In this document: piece after piece, positions 1-8,032 of the stretch
Numbering within the stretch: the first letter of the stretch is position 1
Layout of the letters: every line of letters begins with the position of its first letter
Assembly: GCA_048939245.1 (NCBI GenBank)
Contig: JBHLPR010000074.1
Span: 1-10,475 of the forward strand
Length of the DNA stretch: 10,475 nucleotides
Direction: 5' to 3'
From: Promethearchaeota archaeon
GTDB taxonomy: Archaea; Asgardarchaeota; Hermodarchaeia; Hermodarchaeales; Hermodarchaeaceae
Program-made: the position numbers and the translations under genes
Notes under the pieces: model-generated
What the model was told of the DNA's origin: nothing
The model's input: the letters and a program-made list of their open reading frames with translations, nothing else
Database searches by the model: none

Positions 1-492
1 GGGATTTTGCCATTCTTGTTCGGTACTTCCGATTTCAACAAACAGGACCGGGGTGGATTCGATAAACGGGCCGTGATGGGTCGCTTCTAATCCACACGCC
101 CAATCAGTGAATCCCAAGCGTTCACTTTCAGATAGAAGAGTTTGTAACGCAATTTTCATCGCAGAGGGAGGTGCAATGCATAAGGTTGATGGTTTTCCCC
201 CCAAGTCAGCCTCTGCCCAGTTTCCAGGTATATGAGTTAGGAGAGCCGGTTGGAAGGCAGCAGATTTGTGTCGTGAAGCAAATATGAAGAGGTCTGCAGA
301 AAACTGGTTGTCAAGGTTATCTGCATGAATACTATCTTTTTCGATGGTGACCACAGATAGTTGATCCAGTTGGTAAATTGGGTAGGTATCATAGGTTTCG
401 TCGGTTTCAGTAAAAGGGTATATGTTGAGGAGTTGGCGTTTGATGTGTTGGGCTGCGAGGTCTTTTTGCGAACAGAAGCATATCACAGACAC
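1..492 (-). CDS. dtdA: D-aminoacyl-tRNA deacylase (archaeal DTD2/DtdA), 3' end truncated by window edge
   Basis: Not in the ORF track; translated by hand: VSVICFCSQKDLAAQHIK...FIFASRHKS...PALLTHIPGNW...GGKP...GLEATHHGP...PVLFVEIGSTEQEWQNP. SRH, HxxGN, EATHHGP and FVEIGS are DtdA/GEK1 motifs. Start is GTG at 492 (alternative TTG at 507). Confidence 0.92.
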   Translation of the reverse strand, partial: MSVICFCSQKDLAAQHIKRQLLNIYPFTETDETYDTYPIYQLDQLSVVTIEKDSIHADNLDNQFSADLFIFASRHKSAAFQPALLTHIPGNWAEADLGGKPSTLCIAPPSAMKIALQTLLSESERLGFTDWACGLEATHHGPFIESTPVLFVEIGSTEQEWQNP

Positions 493-513
493 AGTATTTG
501 GCCTCAAAGAGGG

Positions 514-1452
514 TTAGAGAAGCATGGCGAGGACAGCTTTTTCGGTGTGAAGCCGGTTTTCTGCTTGGTCCCAAACGACACTGTGGGGCCCTTCAATAAC
601 TCCATCAGTGATTTCTTCATCCCGATGAGCTGGAAGACAATGCATGACAATACTGTGGGGGGCGGCACGGTCTACTAGGGCTTCGTTGACTTGGAAATCG
701 GGGAGGAAGGCAGTAAGCCGTTTCTTGCGCTCTTTATCTTGCCCCATAGAAACGAAAACATCGGTGTAGATAACATCAGCATCTTCAACAGCAGCTTTGG
801 GGTCATTGCTGACTTCGACCTGACCCATATTTTCAGCTGCTCGATCTCGAGAGAGCTTTGTGACTTTGGAGTTAGGCTCATATCCAGGTGGTGTCGCCAC
901 GGTGACTTCACAACCCATGGTGGCGCCCCCGAGCATTAGGGAATGACACACATTGTTGCCATCACCGACGTAGACGAGTTTGAGTCCATCCAGTTCATGA
1001 AGTTTTTCACGTATTGTCAGAAGGTCAGCCAACCCTTGGCAGGGATGATACATCGGGGTTAGTGCATTAATGACTGGAATAGTGCTATACTTGGCAAGTT
1101 CGACCACATGCTCATGGCTGGTAGCTCGAATAACAATTCCATGAAGATAGCGGCTAAGGACACGAGCTGTGTCGGCAATTGGTTCACCGCGGCTCAGTTG
1201 TAATTCCTGTGAGCTCAGAAAGAGTGGATCACCAGATAATTCGTTAATGGCTACTTCAAAGCTAACACGGGTTCGTGTAGAAGGACGTTCAAAGACCATT
1301 CCCACCGATTGTCCAACTAGGCTTGTGCCTAATTCGTTACGATACCGGAGTCGCTTCAAATCCGCTGATGTATCAAGTAGGAGCTGAATTTCTTCCCGTG
1401 TGAAATCTTTCAAGCTTAACAGATGACGGCCTTTCAGTTCCATTTTTCTCAC
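514..1452 (-). CDS. argF: Ornithine carbamoyltransferase
   Basis: PSTRTR carbamoyl-phosphate motif, HPCQ, GDGNN, DVFVSMG ornithine-binding motif and HCLP. The true start may be ATG at 1443. Confidence 0.96.
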   Translation of the reverse strand: MRKMELKGRHLLSLKDFTREEIQLLLDTSADLKRLRYRNELGTSLVGQSVGMVFERPSTRTRVSFEVAINELSGDPLFLSSQELQLSRGEPIADTARVLSRYLHGIVIRATSHEHVVELAKYSTIPVINALTPMYHPCQGLADLLTIREKLHELDGLKLVYVGDGNNVCHSLMLGGATMGCEVTVATPPGYEPNSKVTKLSRDRAAENMGQVEVSNDPKAAVEDADVIYTDVFVSMGQDKERKKRLTAFLPDFQVNEALVDRAAPHSIVMHCLPAHRDEEITDGVIEGPHSVVWDQAENRLHTEKAVLAMLL

Positions 1453-1529
1453 GCAGAGTGAAGTAATCGAATGAACTTGCCTGCACTGCTACTTTTTAGC
1501 CTTTGCGTCAGTTGATGGTAGACAGAAAA

Positions 1530-2441
1530 TTAGTCGATTGGTGCGATTTTTTCAGCAAACCATTGGGGATTGAAGACTTCGAGGTCGGGATATTCTTGAC
1601 CCACACCAACAAAGATAATCGGTTTCCCAGTAGCAATGACAATTGAGAGCGCCGCTCCCCCTTTAGCATCCGCATCCACTTTGGTCAGTATTGCGGCGTC
1701 AATTCCAATTTTTTCATTGAATGTTTTTGCTTGTTCGATCGCATCGTTTCCAGCGAGAGCGTCGCCTACAAAAATGACCAGATCAGGGTCTGCGACTCGG
1801 TGGATTTTCTGAAGTTCAGCCATAAGGTTCTTGTCGGTTTGCATTCGCCCAGCAGTGTCGATTAACACCACGTTGATGCCACGGGCTCGGGCATGACTGA
1901 TTGCATCGTAACCAACCGAAGCCGAATCCGAACCATAGGGTCGACTGATAACTCGGACTTTTAGACGATCGCCGTGTGTTTGGAGTTGTTCTGCACTTCC
2001 CGCACGGAAAGTGTCCCCACATGCAAGAACGACTGAGTAGCCCTTCTTTTGAAAAAGGTAGGTTAATTTGGCAATGGTTGTGGTTTTCCCGGTTCCGTTG
2101 ACACCTAGGAACATGATTGTAAGTGGTTCTCCTTCTTTTTTGCGCTGCTCTAAAAGTGCAAACAGGTCAACAGGTTCTTTGGGTGTCAGTGTATCAAGGA
2201 TTGCTTGGTAGAGGACTTCGCGAATAAGACCCTTTTTGCTTTGTAGAAGTCCCAGTTGTTCGCCTTCCAAGGTTTCTTTTAAGCGCTCACTGATTTTTTC
2301 AGTGGCCTCGTAAGCTACATCATTTTCTAAAAGAGCCATTTGGAGGTCTGTATAGGCATCGTCAAGATTCTTTTCGCTAATCGTTTTGTGGGTAACCTTC
2401 TGGACGAACCCATCCACTGCCTTGCGAAGTTTTTCAAACAC
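1530..2441 (-). CDS. ftsY: Signal recognition particle receptor FtsY (NG domain, no long acidic A domain)
   Basis: GVNGTGKTTT, DTFRAG, DTAGR, TKVDADAKGGAALS and GVGQ SRP-GTPase motifs; lies downstream of pfdA as in the conserved archaeal cluster. Confidence 0.96.
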   Translation of the reverse strand: MFEKLRKAVDGFVQKVTHKTISEKNLDDAYTDLQMALLENDVAYEATEKISERLKETLEGEQLGLLQSKKGLIREVLYQAILDTLTPKEPVDLFALLEQRKKEGEPLTIMFLGVNGTGKTTTIAKLTYLFQKKGYSVVLACGDTFRAGSAEQLQTHGDRLKVRVISRPYGSDSASVGYDAISHARARGINVVLIDTAGRMQTDKNLMAELQKIHRVADPDLVIFVGDALAGNDAIEQAKTFNEKIGIDAAILTKVDADAKGGAALSIVIATGKPIIFVGVGQEYPDLEVFNPQWFAEKIAPID

Positions 2442-2467
2442 CTCGAGTTCCCCAAGTACTACTCATT

Positions 2468-2920
2468 TCAGTCGGTTTTTTGTGATTGCTGTTGAGTGCT
2501 TTCTATGAGCTGATTTAGTTGTGACCGATACTCTTCGATTCGTGATTGGGTGTTCTGGATTTGTTCTTGTTGTCGTTGGGCAATATCTGTAAGTTGTTTT
2601 TGTTGCTCTTCGAATCGTTTGAGGGCTTGGTCCACCGTCCGTTCGGCAGCGAAGCCAGCACCAAAGGAGGTTACCACATGTTTGGGATCAATCAGTTTAA
2701 CGTAAAGGTGAACTCCAGAGCCGATATTGACCATGATTTCGTCGCCGACTTTGTGGTTCTTTAATTCTTGGACCGCGGTGGTGGTTTCAGCCAGGCGTTG
2801 CATCTGAACCTCAATCATCTGGAGATTGCTTTGCCCCCGAGCAATTTCATCTTCGAGGGCTTGAACAGACATAATTAATTGTTGAGCAAGTTGCTCGGGA
2901 TTGGGTGGTGTTTGCGTCAT
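2468..2920 (-). CDS. pfdA: Prefoldin alpha subunit
   Basis: Coiled coils flank the double beta-hairpin EIMVNIGSGVHL...VVTSFGAGFAAERTVDQA; conserved synteny. Confidence 0.92.
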   Translation of the reverse strand: MTQTPPNPEQLAQQLIMSVQALEDEIARGQSNLQMIEVQMQRLAETTTAVQELKNHKVGDEIMVNIGSGVHLYVKLIDPKHVVTSFGAGFAAERTVDQALKRFEEQQKQLTDIAQRQQEQIQNTQSRIEEYRSQLNQLIESTQQQSQKTD

Positions 2921-2964
2921 AATCGTTCATCTCCTAAGGCGATGCTGGAAAGACTCATCACGTT

Positions 2965-3198
2965 TTAGTCAATTCCGCTCAGTTTTCGGATAAGAGGTTT
3001 TTCGGATTCTTCAGGTGGAATAACTACGATATTCTCAATGTTGATTGCCGCGCGTTTCACTCGATGAAAAGACCCTAAAAGGGAATAGAGTTGTTCTCGG
3101 GCGTTTTCTTCCGTTAGTGCCCGTATTTCTTGAGAAAAGCGGTAGTTGCGTTTATCGCGAATATAGGTTCCATCTAAGCGGAAAATTTGCACTGACAT
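2965..3198 (-). CDS. rplX: 50S ribosomal protein L18a/LX (eL20)
   Basis: F-x-x-EIRAL...AREQLYSLLGSFHRVKR...I-x-I pattern; sits between eif6 and pfdA. Confidence 0.92.
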   Translation of the reverse strand: MSVQIFRLDGTYIRDKRNYRFSQEIRALTEENAREQLYSLLGSFHRVKRAAINIENIVVIPPEESEKPLIRKLSGID

Positions 3199-3279
3199 AT
3201 TTACCAGCCTCGTGGAGGTGTGCAGTCAACCATCGAATAGTCAGGTCTATTTTAACTCTTTCCACAGATAAGAGGACTC

Positions 3280-3957
3280 TTAGAAGAAGGCTTCTGTGAT
3301 ACGCATCAGTTCGGGTCCGGTTGTCTCAAACCCGGCAGCAGCGGCTTGGAAAGTTGCCAAAAGCCCAATTGATACATAGGGGACCCCACAATTGATTGTC
3401 CCGATTTCCGATTCAACAGAGAAGAAGGAAGCTAACCAGTCAAGTTCTTCCTCGGAGATATCAGTGTGCGCTAATAATCCCTTGTTGGTAACGACACAAT
3501 ATGACCCAACTAGATCTGAACCCGCAAGGGTTTTTGCTTCGACTTCAACGCCCAAGGTGTCACGAATGACCTTGAGATCGGTTTTTGAGAATTCGGTGCT
3601 GACCAAAGCAGCGTGATCATTGGTGAGGATGAGGTTGCCTAATGCGGTGAGTTTGGATTTCATGGGGATGATTGGTATGTTCAGTCTTTCTTGAAGGGAT
3701 TCGACTTCTTCATCAAAGGTGGTGTGGGGGACCAAGAGCCCATTTTGATTTCCGGCAGTGAGAATACCAACAAGTGTACTTTGTCCCACGGTGGTGGTGA
3801 GGGGTTGCTTCTCAAAGAGTTCTGTTAATCCACGGGTGGTGGGTTCGTTGCTTGGAGCTTGGAGTATCCAATTATCAGTGACTCTGCAAAACGCACCGAT
3901 ATTTGAACTGCCATCAAAATCGAAGCGTTGAATTTTGCCACTCATGGAAGAAGCCAC
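3280..3957 (-). CDS. eif6: Translation initiation factor 6 (aIF6)
   Basis: GSSNIGAF, LVGILTAGNQNGLLVP, ALGNLILTND, LVGSYCVVTNKG, GTINCG and TTGPEL repeats. The start may be ATG at 3945. Confidence 0.96.
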   Translation of the reverse strand: MASSMSGKIQRFDFDGSSNIGAFCRVTDNWILQAPSNEPTTRGLTELFEKQPLTTTVGQSTLVGILTAGNQNGLLVPHTTFDEEVESLQERLNIPIIPMKSKLTALGNLILTNDHAALVSTEFSKTDLKVIRDTLGVEVEAKTLAGSDLVGSYCVVTNKGLLAHTDISEEELDWLASFFSVESEIGTINCGVPYVSIGLLATFQAAAAGFETTGPELMRITEAFF

Positions 3958-3997
3958 ACAGAATGATTAGCCCAGTTTGTTTTGAAAAAGAGGCGCA

Positions 3998-4321
3998 TTA
4001 ACTTTCAACTAAGAAGACTTTGACCAACCCGTCGCGATCTTTGGTAGCACGGACGCGAACTCGGCGTGGTGGTTTTTCGATTCCTCGAGTCCATAAGTAT
4101 TCATTTAGGGTGGTGTCAAGGGAAAGGTCAGCTTCATCTTCCACTTTCATGTGTCGAACAATGAAGGCTTTGACAAGATTAACGGCTCTTTTTGTCCGTT
4201 TCTTACGGATAGCGTTATAGGCTTTACCCAGGGGGATGGTGTAAAGTCGTTCGACTACAATCTCTTCTGCCGCTTCAGGAGCCTCGAGCGCTTCGGTTAG
4301 GGTATCATCTTTTTCAGCCAT
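3998..4321 (-). CDS. rpl31e: 50S ribosomal protein L31e
   Basis: ERLYTIPL...KRTKRAV...RHMK...LNEYLWTRGIEKPPRRVRV, with an acidic N-terminal extension. Confidence 0.96.
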   Translation of the reverse strand: MAEKDDTLTEALEAPEAAEEIVVERLYTIPLGKAYNAIRKKRTKRAVNLVKAFIVRHMKVEDEADLSLDTTLNEYLWTRGIEKPPRRVRVRATKDRDGLVKVFLVES

Positions 4322-4345
4322 TTCCTGGGTTCACTCCTTTTCCTT

Positions 4346-4501
4346 TTAGGGTTTCAATTTAGATTGTCGCCAATTCCGGCGCTTAGGATGTGTACGGATA
4401 CGACCGTTGGTCTTGACCATAATCCAAGCGGGAACCCCGACATTTGATTTTAATTGGTGACCAAGCCGTAATTTCTTGGCCAAGGGTTTGTTTCGTGCCA
4501 T
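4346..4501 (-). CDS. rpl39e: 50S ribosomal protein L39e
   Basis: Not in the ORF track; hand translation gives [51 protein letters not shown] (51 aa). An SD-like AGGTGG lies upstream. Confidence 0.96.
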   Translation of the reverse strand: MARNKPLAKKLRLGHQLKSNVGVPAWIMVKTNGRIRTHPKRRNWRQSKLKP

Positions 4502-4515
4502 CGTTGCCACCTATT

Positions 4516-4845
4516 TTATTTGAATTGGATTTTAGTATCTCGCTGACGACCTGCTAGCTGGGCAAGCATTCTTTTCAGTGTTTTATCTGTAATTGGAAGC
4601 TCGGGTAATCGCTTCGCTGAAGCTAGACGAATGAGATCATTTTCCAGCTGCTCAGCAAAGCTAGGTTTGACCATCCGAAGGTTGGAGAGTCTTGATCGTG
4701 CTTCGGGTGACAGGATTTGCCTGAGAATGGCTGCACGCTGTGCACGGATTTCAGCCTCTTGAACTGCTTGTTCCTCTGCTTGGGCTTGATGTTGTAGTTG
4801 CGCCATTTTCCGTCGTCGCAGTTCATTTAGCTCCTCATCGCTCAA
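4516..4845 (-). CDS. PDCD5-family double-stranded DNA-binding protein
   Basis: DEELNELRRRKMAQLQ...ILRQILSPEARSRLSNLRMVKP...LIRLA...ITDKTLKRML; TTG start with a GGAGG SD; conserved position after rps19e. Confidence 0.93.
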   Translation of the reverse strand: MSDEELNELRRRKMAQLQHQAQAEEQAVQEAEIRAQRAAILRQILSPEARSRLSNLRMVKPSFAEQLENDLIRLASAKRLPELPITDKTLKRMLAQLAGRQRDTKIQFK

Positions 4846-4866
4846 AGCGTCAACCTCCCTACTGGT

Positions 4867-5295
4867 TTATCCTGCATCTTGACTCCGCATCATATGTGCT
4901 AATCTGTCCAAAAAGGACCGCCCCTTATTAGAGAGCATTCGACCGGTGCTTTTATCATGTTCGACAAGGCCTGCCTTTTCTAGCTGCTGGAGTGCGGTTC
5001 GAATAATGGACCCACTTCCCTTTGAAAATTGGTTGGGGCGTGAACCACGCCGTTTTCGCCCACCATAGGCAGTGCGAAGCCGTGCTACTCCGCTGGGACC
5101 CTTCACATAGAGCCTGCGAAGGATGGAGGCACACCGAGTATACCACCAATCATCGGTAGTGGGGGGTTTCTCCTTGTGGGCACCTGTCTTGACGTAACGT
5201 GCCCATTCCGGCGGTGTAACTTCTTTTGCCTTCTTGAGCTCCTCGGCGATTCGAGGAATGAGTTGATCTGCAGGAACATCATATACAGTAGACAC
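4867..5295 (-). CDS. rps19e: 30S ribosomal protein S19e
   Basis: TVYDVPAD, PPEW-x-x-YVKTG, DWWYTRCASILR, YGGRKRRG, GSGSIIR-x-ALQQLE; GTG start with a GAGGT SD. Confidence 0.97.
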   Translation of the reverse strand: MSTVYDVPADQLIPRIAEELKKAKEVTPPEWARYVKTGAHKEKPPTTDDWWYTRCASILRRLYVKGPSGVARLRTAYGGRKRRGSRPNQFSKGSGSIIRTALQQLEKAGLVEHDKSTGRMLSNKGRSFLDRLAHMMRSQDAG

Positions 5296-5360
5296 GATAA
5301 CGACCTCACGGCGTATAGAGAAACTGACTCGCCGACGAGTCGGCTGAGATAGTCGATGAG

Positions 5361-5378
5361 CGCCTTAAAATTCTTTCG
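5361..5378 (-). promoter_or_regulatory. Putative BRE/TATA promoter for rps19e and downstream genes
   Basis: Minus strand reads GAAAGAATTTTAAGG, about 70 nt upstream of the rps19e start. Confidence 0.45.
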
Positions 5379-5394
5379 TAGTTACTTTGTCGTT

Positions 5395-5658
5395 TTACTT
5401 TGATTTGCGTGCAAGAATCACAACGAACCCGCGGCGCCCCCAAACCTCGCTAGACGTTTGACTGGCCAGTTGGGTAATAAGATTACTTAGTGTGCTCGAG
5501 CTTGATGTAGATTTGAGAAACCGGACTTTGATGACTTTACGTTTCTTCAGTTGGCGATTGACTTCTTCGATGACCCCGGCGTCCAAGCCACCTTTCCCGA
5601 TGCGGACAGCAGGTTTTTCTTCAGCCCAGATACGGGCTAGATCAGCTTTTGTTGGCAT
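5395..5658 (-). CDS. yhbY: YhbY/CRM-domain RNA-binding protein
   Basis: PAVRIGKGGL...VIEEVNRQLKKRKVIKVRFLKS...RGFVVIL. Start placed at ATG 5658 (MPTKADL), overlapping the rnp4 3' end. Confidence 0.9.
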   Translation of the reverse strand: MPTKADLARIWAEEKPAVRIGKGGLDAGVIEEVNRQLKKRKVIKVRFLKSTSSSSTLSNLITQLASQTSSEVWGRRGFVVILARKSK

Positions 5659-5989
5659 GTTTAGTTCCTCGATTTGCCTTCCATAGAATTTTCCGCCGAT
5701 TGCCACAGGTCAGACACGTGATGACGACAGATTTCATTCGACCTGCATTGCGAAGCCGGATCCGCGCGTTGTATCCAGGACGAAGAAAGGTTTCGCAGCG
5801 ATGGCAGAACCGATGCCGTAACTCTGGAGGTAGGCGGACACGTGTTCGCATCACAATGCGTCTGGCGGATTGTACGTAACGCTTTGCGAGAGCAGGATTC
5901 TGTGGTGCGACCTCCTCGGCGTGCTCGAAGAGTGTTCGAAGATGTTGAGTCACTGTTGCTCGCCATCGACGACTCCCACGCACTCGCAT
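5642..5989 (-). CDS. rnp4: Ribonuclease P protein component 4 (Rpp21)
   Basis: LAKRYV-x-x-ARRI...FCHRC...L-x-PG-x-NARIRL...ITCLTCG zinc ribbon; conserved synteny with yhbY-rps19e. Confidence 0.94.
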   Translation of the reverse strand: MRVRGSRRWRATVTQHLRTLFEHAEEVAPQNPALAKRYVQSARRIVMRTRVRLPPELRHRFCHRCETFLRPGYNARIRLRNAGRMKSVVITCLTCGNRRKILWKANRGTKHANKS

Positions 5990-5995
5990 CTTAAC

Positions 5996-6017
5996 TCCGG
6001 CTCATAAAAAGGGATTA
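5996..6017. repeat. 22-bp imperfect direct repeat, left copy (pairs with 10154-10175)
   Basis: TCCGGCTCATAAAAAGGGATTA versus TCCGGCCCATAAAAGGGGATTA, 20/22 identical. Confidence 0.7.
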
Positions 6018-6018
6018 A

Positions 6019-6093
6019 TGGTGCGCTGTCCGGGATTTGAACCCGGGCACCCAGCGTGGCAGGCTGGAGTCCTAGCCACTAGACCAACAGCGC
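6019..6093 (-). tRNA. tRNA-Gly(GCC), intronless, CCA encoded
   Basis: Acceptor stem GCGCTGT/ACAGCGC; anticodon arm CCAGC-CTGCCAC-GCTGG; T arm CCGGG-TTCAAAT-CCCGG; ends ACCA. Confidence 0.97.
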
Positions 6094-6217
6094 ACGGAGC
6101 TTGTAGAATCCGTCACCCTTTTTATTGGTTTTGGCTATCGCGCTCAAGTCTTCTGAAACTGGGATTGCGGAGAAATGGAAAGACTTAAGCGAGTAGCTGT
6201 CTCCCCTGCGGGTTGTA

Positions 6218-6323
6218 GCGGTCGTGGTCTAGTGGTTATGATTTCGGCCTTCCACGCCGAATACCCGGGTTCGAATATCAACACACCTCTCGTGGTTGTC
6301 CGAAAGTCCCGGCGACCGCACCA
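6218..6323 (+). tRNA. tRNA-Gly(TCC) with a 31-nt intron in the T-loop (6276-6306, position 59/60)
   Basis: Acceptor stem GCGGTCG/CGACCGC plus ACCA; anticodon arm TCGGC-CTTCCAC-GCCGA. The TTCG/CGAA central helix has AA^T and AG^T bulges, and splicing restores TTCGAAT. Confidence 0.93.
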
Positions 6324-6410
6324 CTTCTTTTGTCATTTCTTTTCCAAGTTCTCTTCCCAAGTCTACTGAAACGTAAAAGGGAAAAGGCGGAAATACCATT
6401 AGGCTATCTC

Positions 6411-6561
6411 TTAACCTATTTTTATCAATTTTTGTTTATAATTTTAAGGTAATAGTAATATTTATAAATGATTAACTATAAGTATAGTTTGTCAACAATG
6501 TTTCCCGTTCACCCCACAAGAACAGGAGCCCCACAGGCTCCAATGGAAACGATGGGGTGGG
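6411..6561. other. AT-rich tract plus ORB-like box: candidate replication origin or Orc1/Cdc6 site
   Basis: 6411-6490 has 11 G+C in 80 nt. 6538-6561 CTCCAATGGAAACGATGGGGTGGG resembles the archaeal ORB (TCCA-N-TGGAAAC dyad plus G-string). Confidence 0.45.
6458..6489 (+). promoter_or_regulatory. TATA box (TTTATAAA, 6461-6468) followed by the palindrome AACTATA-AG-TATAGTT (6474-6489)
   Basis: Read directly; lies upstream of the 6591 ORF. The AT-rich context makes a chance match possible. Confidence 0.4.
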
Positions 6562-6590
6562 AGAGCTCACCTAATCGGAGGTAGAGCCTC

Positions 6591-6986
6591 ATGGAGAATG
6601 ATCAAATGGAATATGTCCCCCCTGTGGAAGTCCACAATTACCAAAAATTTCTCAATTTTGCCCGTCGCGCAGCCATCGTGACCTTTGAGCCCGTCTACCA
6701 CGTTGCCCCCTTTGAGGGCGATGTAGCAGAGAATCCCGCACAATGGCTCCGAGCGCTGCATATCTACGCCATCGGAGTAGAGCTTAACGGGATCCTCATC
6801 ACCCTCATGCACCGGATTAGTTTTCCGCCAGTGAACTTTGATTTTGATGAAGGCGTCCTTGACTGCGTGGCTACTGAAGGGACGCTAGCGAAAATTGTGC
6901 AGGAACTTGAAACAGAATTTCAAGCTGTTCCCGGTGCACCAGAACAACCGTCATTACATGACGAGTGGATTCGCACCCTGCGGTAG
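6591..6986 (+). CDS. Hypothetical acidic protein, 131 aa
   Basis: The ORF fills the gap between two tRNAs and has a strong GGAGGT SD 8 nt before the ATG. No family recognised. Confidence 0.75.
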   Translation: MENDQMEYVPPVEVHNYQKFLNFARRAAIVTFEPVYHVAPFEGDVAENPAQWLRALHIYAIGVELNGILITLMHRISFPPVNFDFDEGVLDCVATEGTLAKIVQELETEFQAVPGAPEQPSLHDEWIRTLR

Positions 6987-7065
6987 AGGGATCTGGTAGT
7001 TTCCAAGGAAAAAGATATTAAGGCGCGTGTCTGGAAACAGAGCCTGCTGGATAATCCCTGGCTTT

Positions 7066-7142
7066 GGGCCGGTGGTCTAGTTGGTTATGACGCCGTCCTG
7101 ACACGGCGGAGGTCCCGTGTTCAAATCACGGCCGGCCCACCA
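7066..7142 (+). tRNA. tRNA-Val(GAC), intronless, CCA encoded
   Basis: Acceptor stem GGGCCGG/CCGGCCC; anticodon arm CCGTC-CTGACAC-GGCGG; T arm CCGTG-TTCAAAT-CACGG; ends ACCA. Confidence 0.97.
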
Positions 7143-7147
7143 CATAT

Positions 7148-7259
7148 GCCGACGTAGCTTAGCCCGGGAGTAGCCTAATCTGCGGGTTGTGTGCTGCTGC
7201 CCGAAAGCGCGGGACTGAAGATCCCGTTGTCGCGTGTTCAAATCACGCCGTCGGCACCA
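7148..7259 (+). tRNA. tRNA-Phe(GAA) with a 35-nt D-arm intron (7171-7205, position 22/23)
   Basis: Acceptor stem GCCGACG/CGTCGGC plus ACCA; anticodon arm CGGGA-CTGAAGA-TCCCG. The CGGG/CCCG helix has AG^T and AA^A bulges. Starts 5 nt after tRNA-Val, so probably dicistronic. Confidence 0.93.
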
Positions 7260-7298
7260 TTTCTTCTTATTTGACTTGTTTTTGAATGCGAGATTAGG

Positions 7299-7763
7299 TT
7301 AGCGACCCAACAGATAGTCAACTAAAACTGTCAATACAAGAGTTATGAGTGCCGCCCCAACATTGCTTGCGATATATCCGACGAGGTAAGCGATCTGTGA
7401 GTAAGGCGAGAAGGTGAAGAGCAGATAGAAGAAGCCGGCCCAGAGCCCTAAAATTATGAGCAGAGCGAGAAGCACGATGGCGAAGCGACGTAGATAAAGG
7501 CGCGTGGCGCTCACAGCAGGGGTTCCACGCGGGGACTCGTAGGGGAAAAATCGTGAGCCGAGGAGTTCGGCAAGAATTACGGTAGCGGTGGCTTGAACGA
7601 GTACGACACCGAGGGGAACTAAGGTGAGGACTAAAGAGGATATGATTAGAAAGACGAATGCTCCGATGTATGAGAGATAAATTTGGACGGCCCCAAATAT
7701 CGCTAGGACGAGAAGCAGGAGTGCGCCATCATCCAGGTTTTTCCAGTAAAATGCCTGTGACAT
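7299..7763 (-). CDS. Hypothetical membrane protein, about 4 TM helices, 154 aa
   Basis: Four long hydrophobic stretches separated by a polar loop. No family recognised. Confidence 0.75.
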   Translation of the reverse strand: MSQAFYWKNLDDGALLLLVLAIFGAVQIYLSYIGAFVFLIISSLVLTLVPLGVVLVQATATVILAELLGSRFFPYESPRGTPAVSATRLYLRRFAIVLLALLIILGLWAGFFYLLFTFSPYSQIAYLVGYIASNVGAALITLVLTVLVDYLLGR

Positions 7764-7863
7764 ACGAAAAGCCTCAAAGTGTACTCGTTAGTGTGAGCCA
7801 TTCGGATAACTCAGCAGGTATTAATGTTTTCGTACCAGCTCTCGAAGGAATGGGGATGGAAAA

Positions 7864-7970
<107 letters not shown>

Positions 7971-8032
7971 ATTTGATTTCGATTTCTTTTGCAATTTGAG
8001 GTTATAAGAATTTTGGCAATTAATATTTCGGT

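Noticed and set aside
5659-5706. Longer yhbY start at 5706
   Set aside because: It would overlap rnp4 by 65 nt; the ATG at 5658 fits the YhbY domain length better.
361-5966. Antisense and alternate-frame ORFs in the track (e.g. 361-678, 691-939, 1169-1387, 3045-3299, 5649-5879, 5661-5966)
   Set aside because: They overlap well-identified housekeeping genes and have no recognisable motifs.
6500-6550. CRISPR repeat-like ends (GTTTCC...AATGGAAAC)
   Set aside because: Single occurrence with no repeat-spacer periodicity and no cas genes; an ORB-like box explains it better.
6498-6593. Pyrrolysine readthrough of the in-frame TAG upstream of the 131-aa ORF
   Set aside because: The TAG overlaps the GGAGGT SD of the 6591 ATG, which explains its position, and no pyl genes are in the window.
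7116-7247. Identical 15-mer CGTGTTCAAATCACG in tRNA-Val and tRNA-Phe read as an att-type repeat
   Set aside because: It is explained by T-arm structural constraints in two adjacent intact tRNAs, with no cargo between them.
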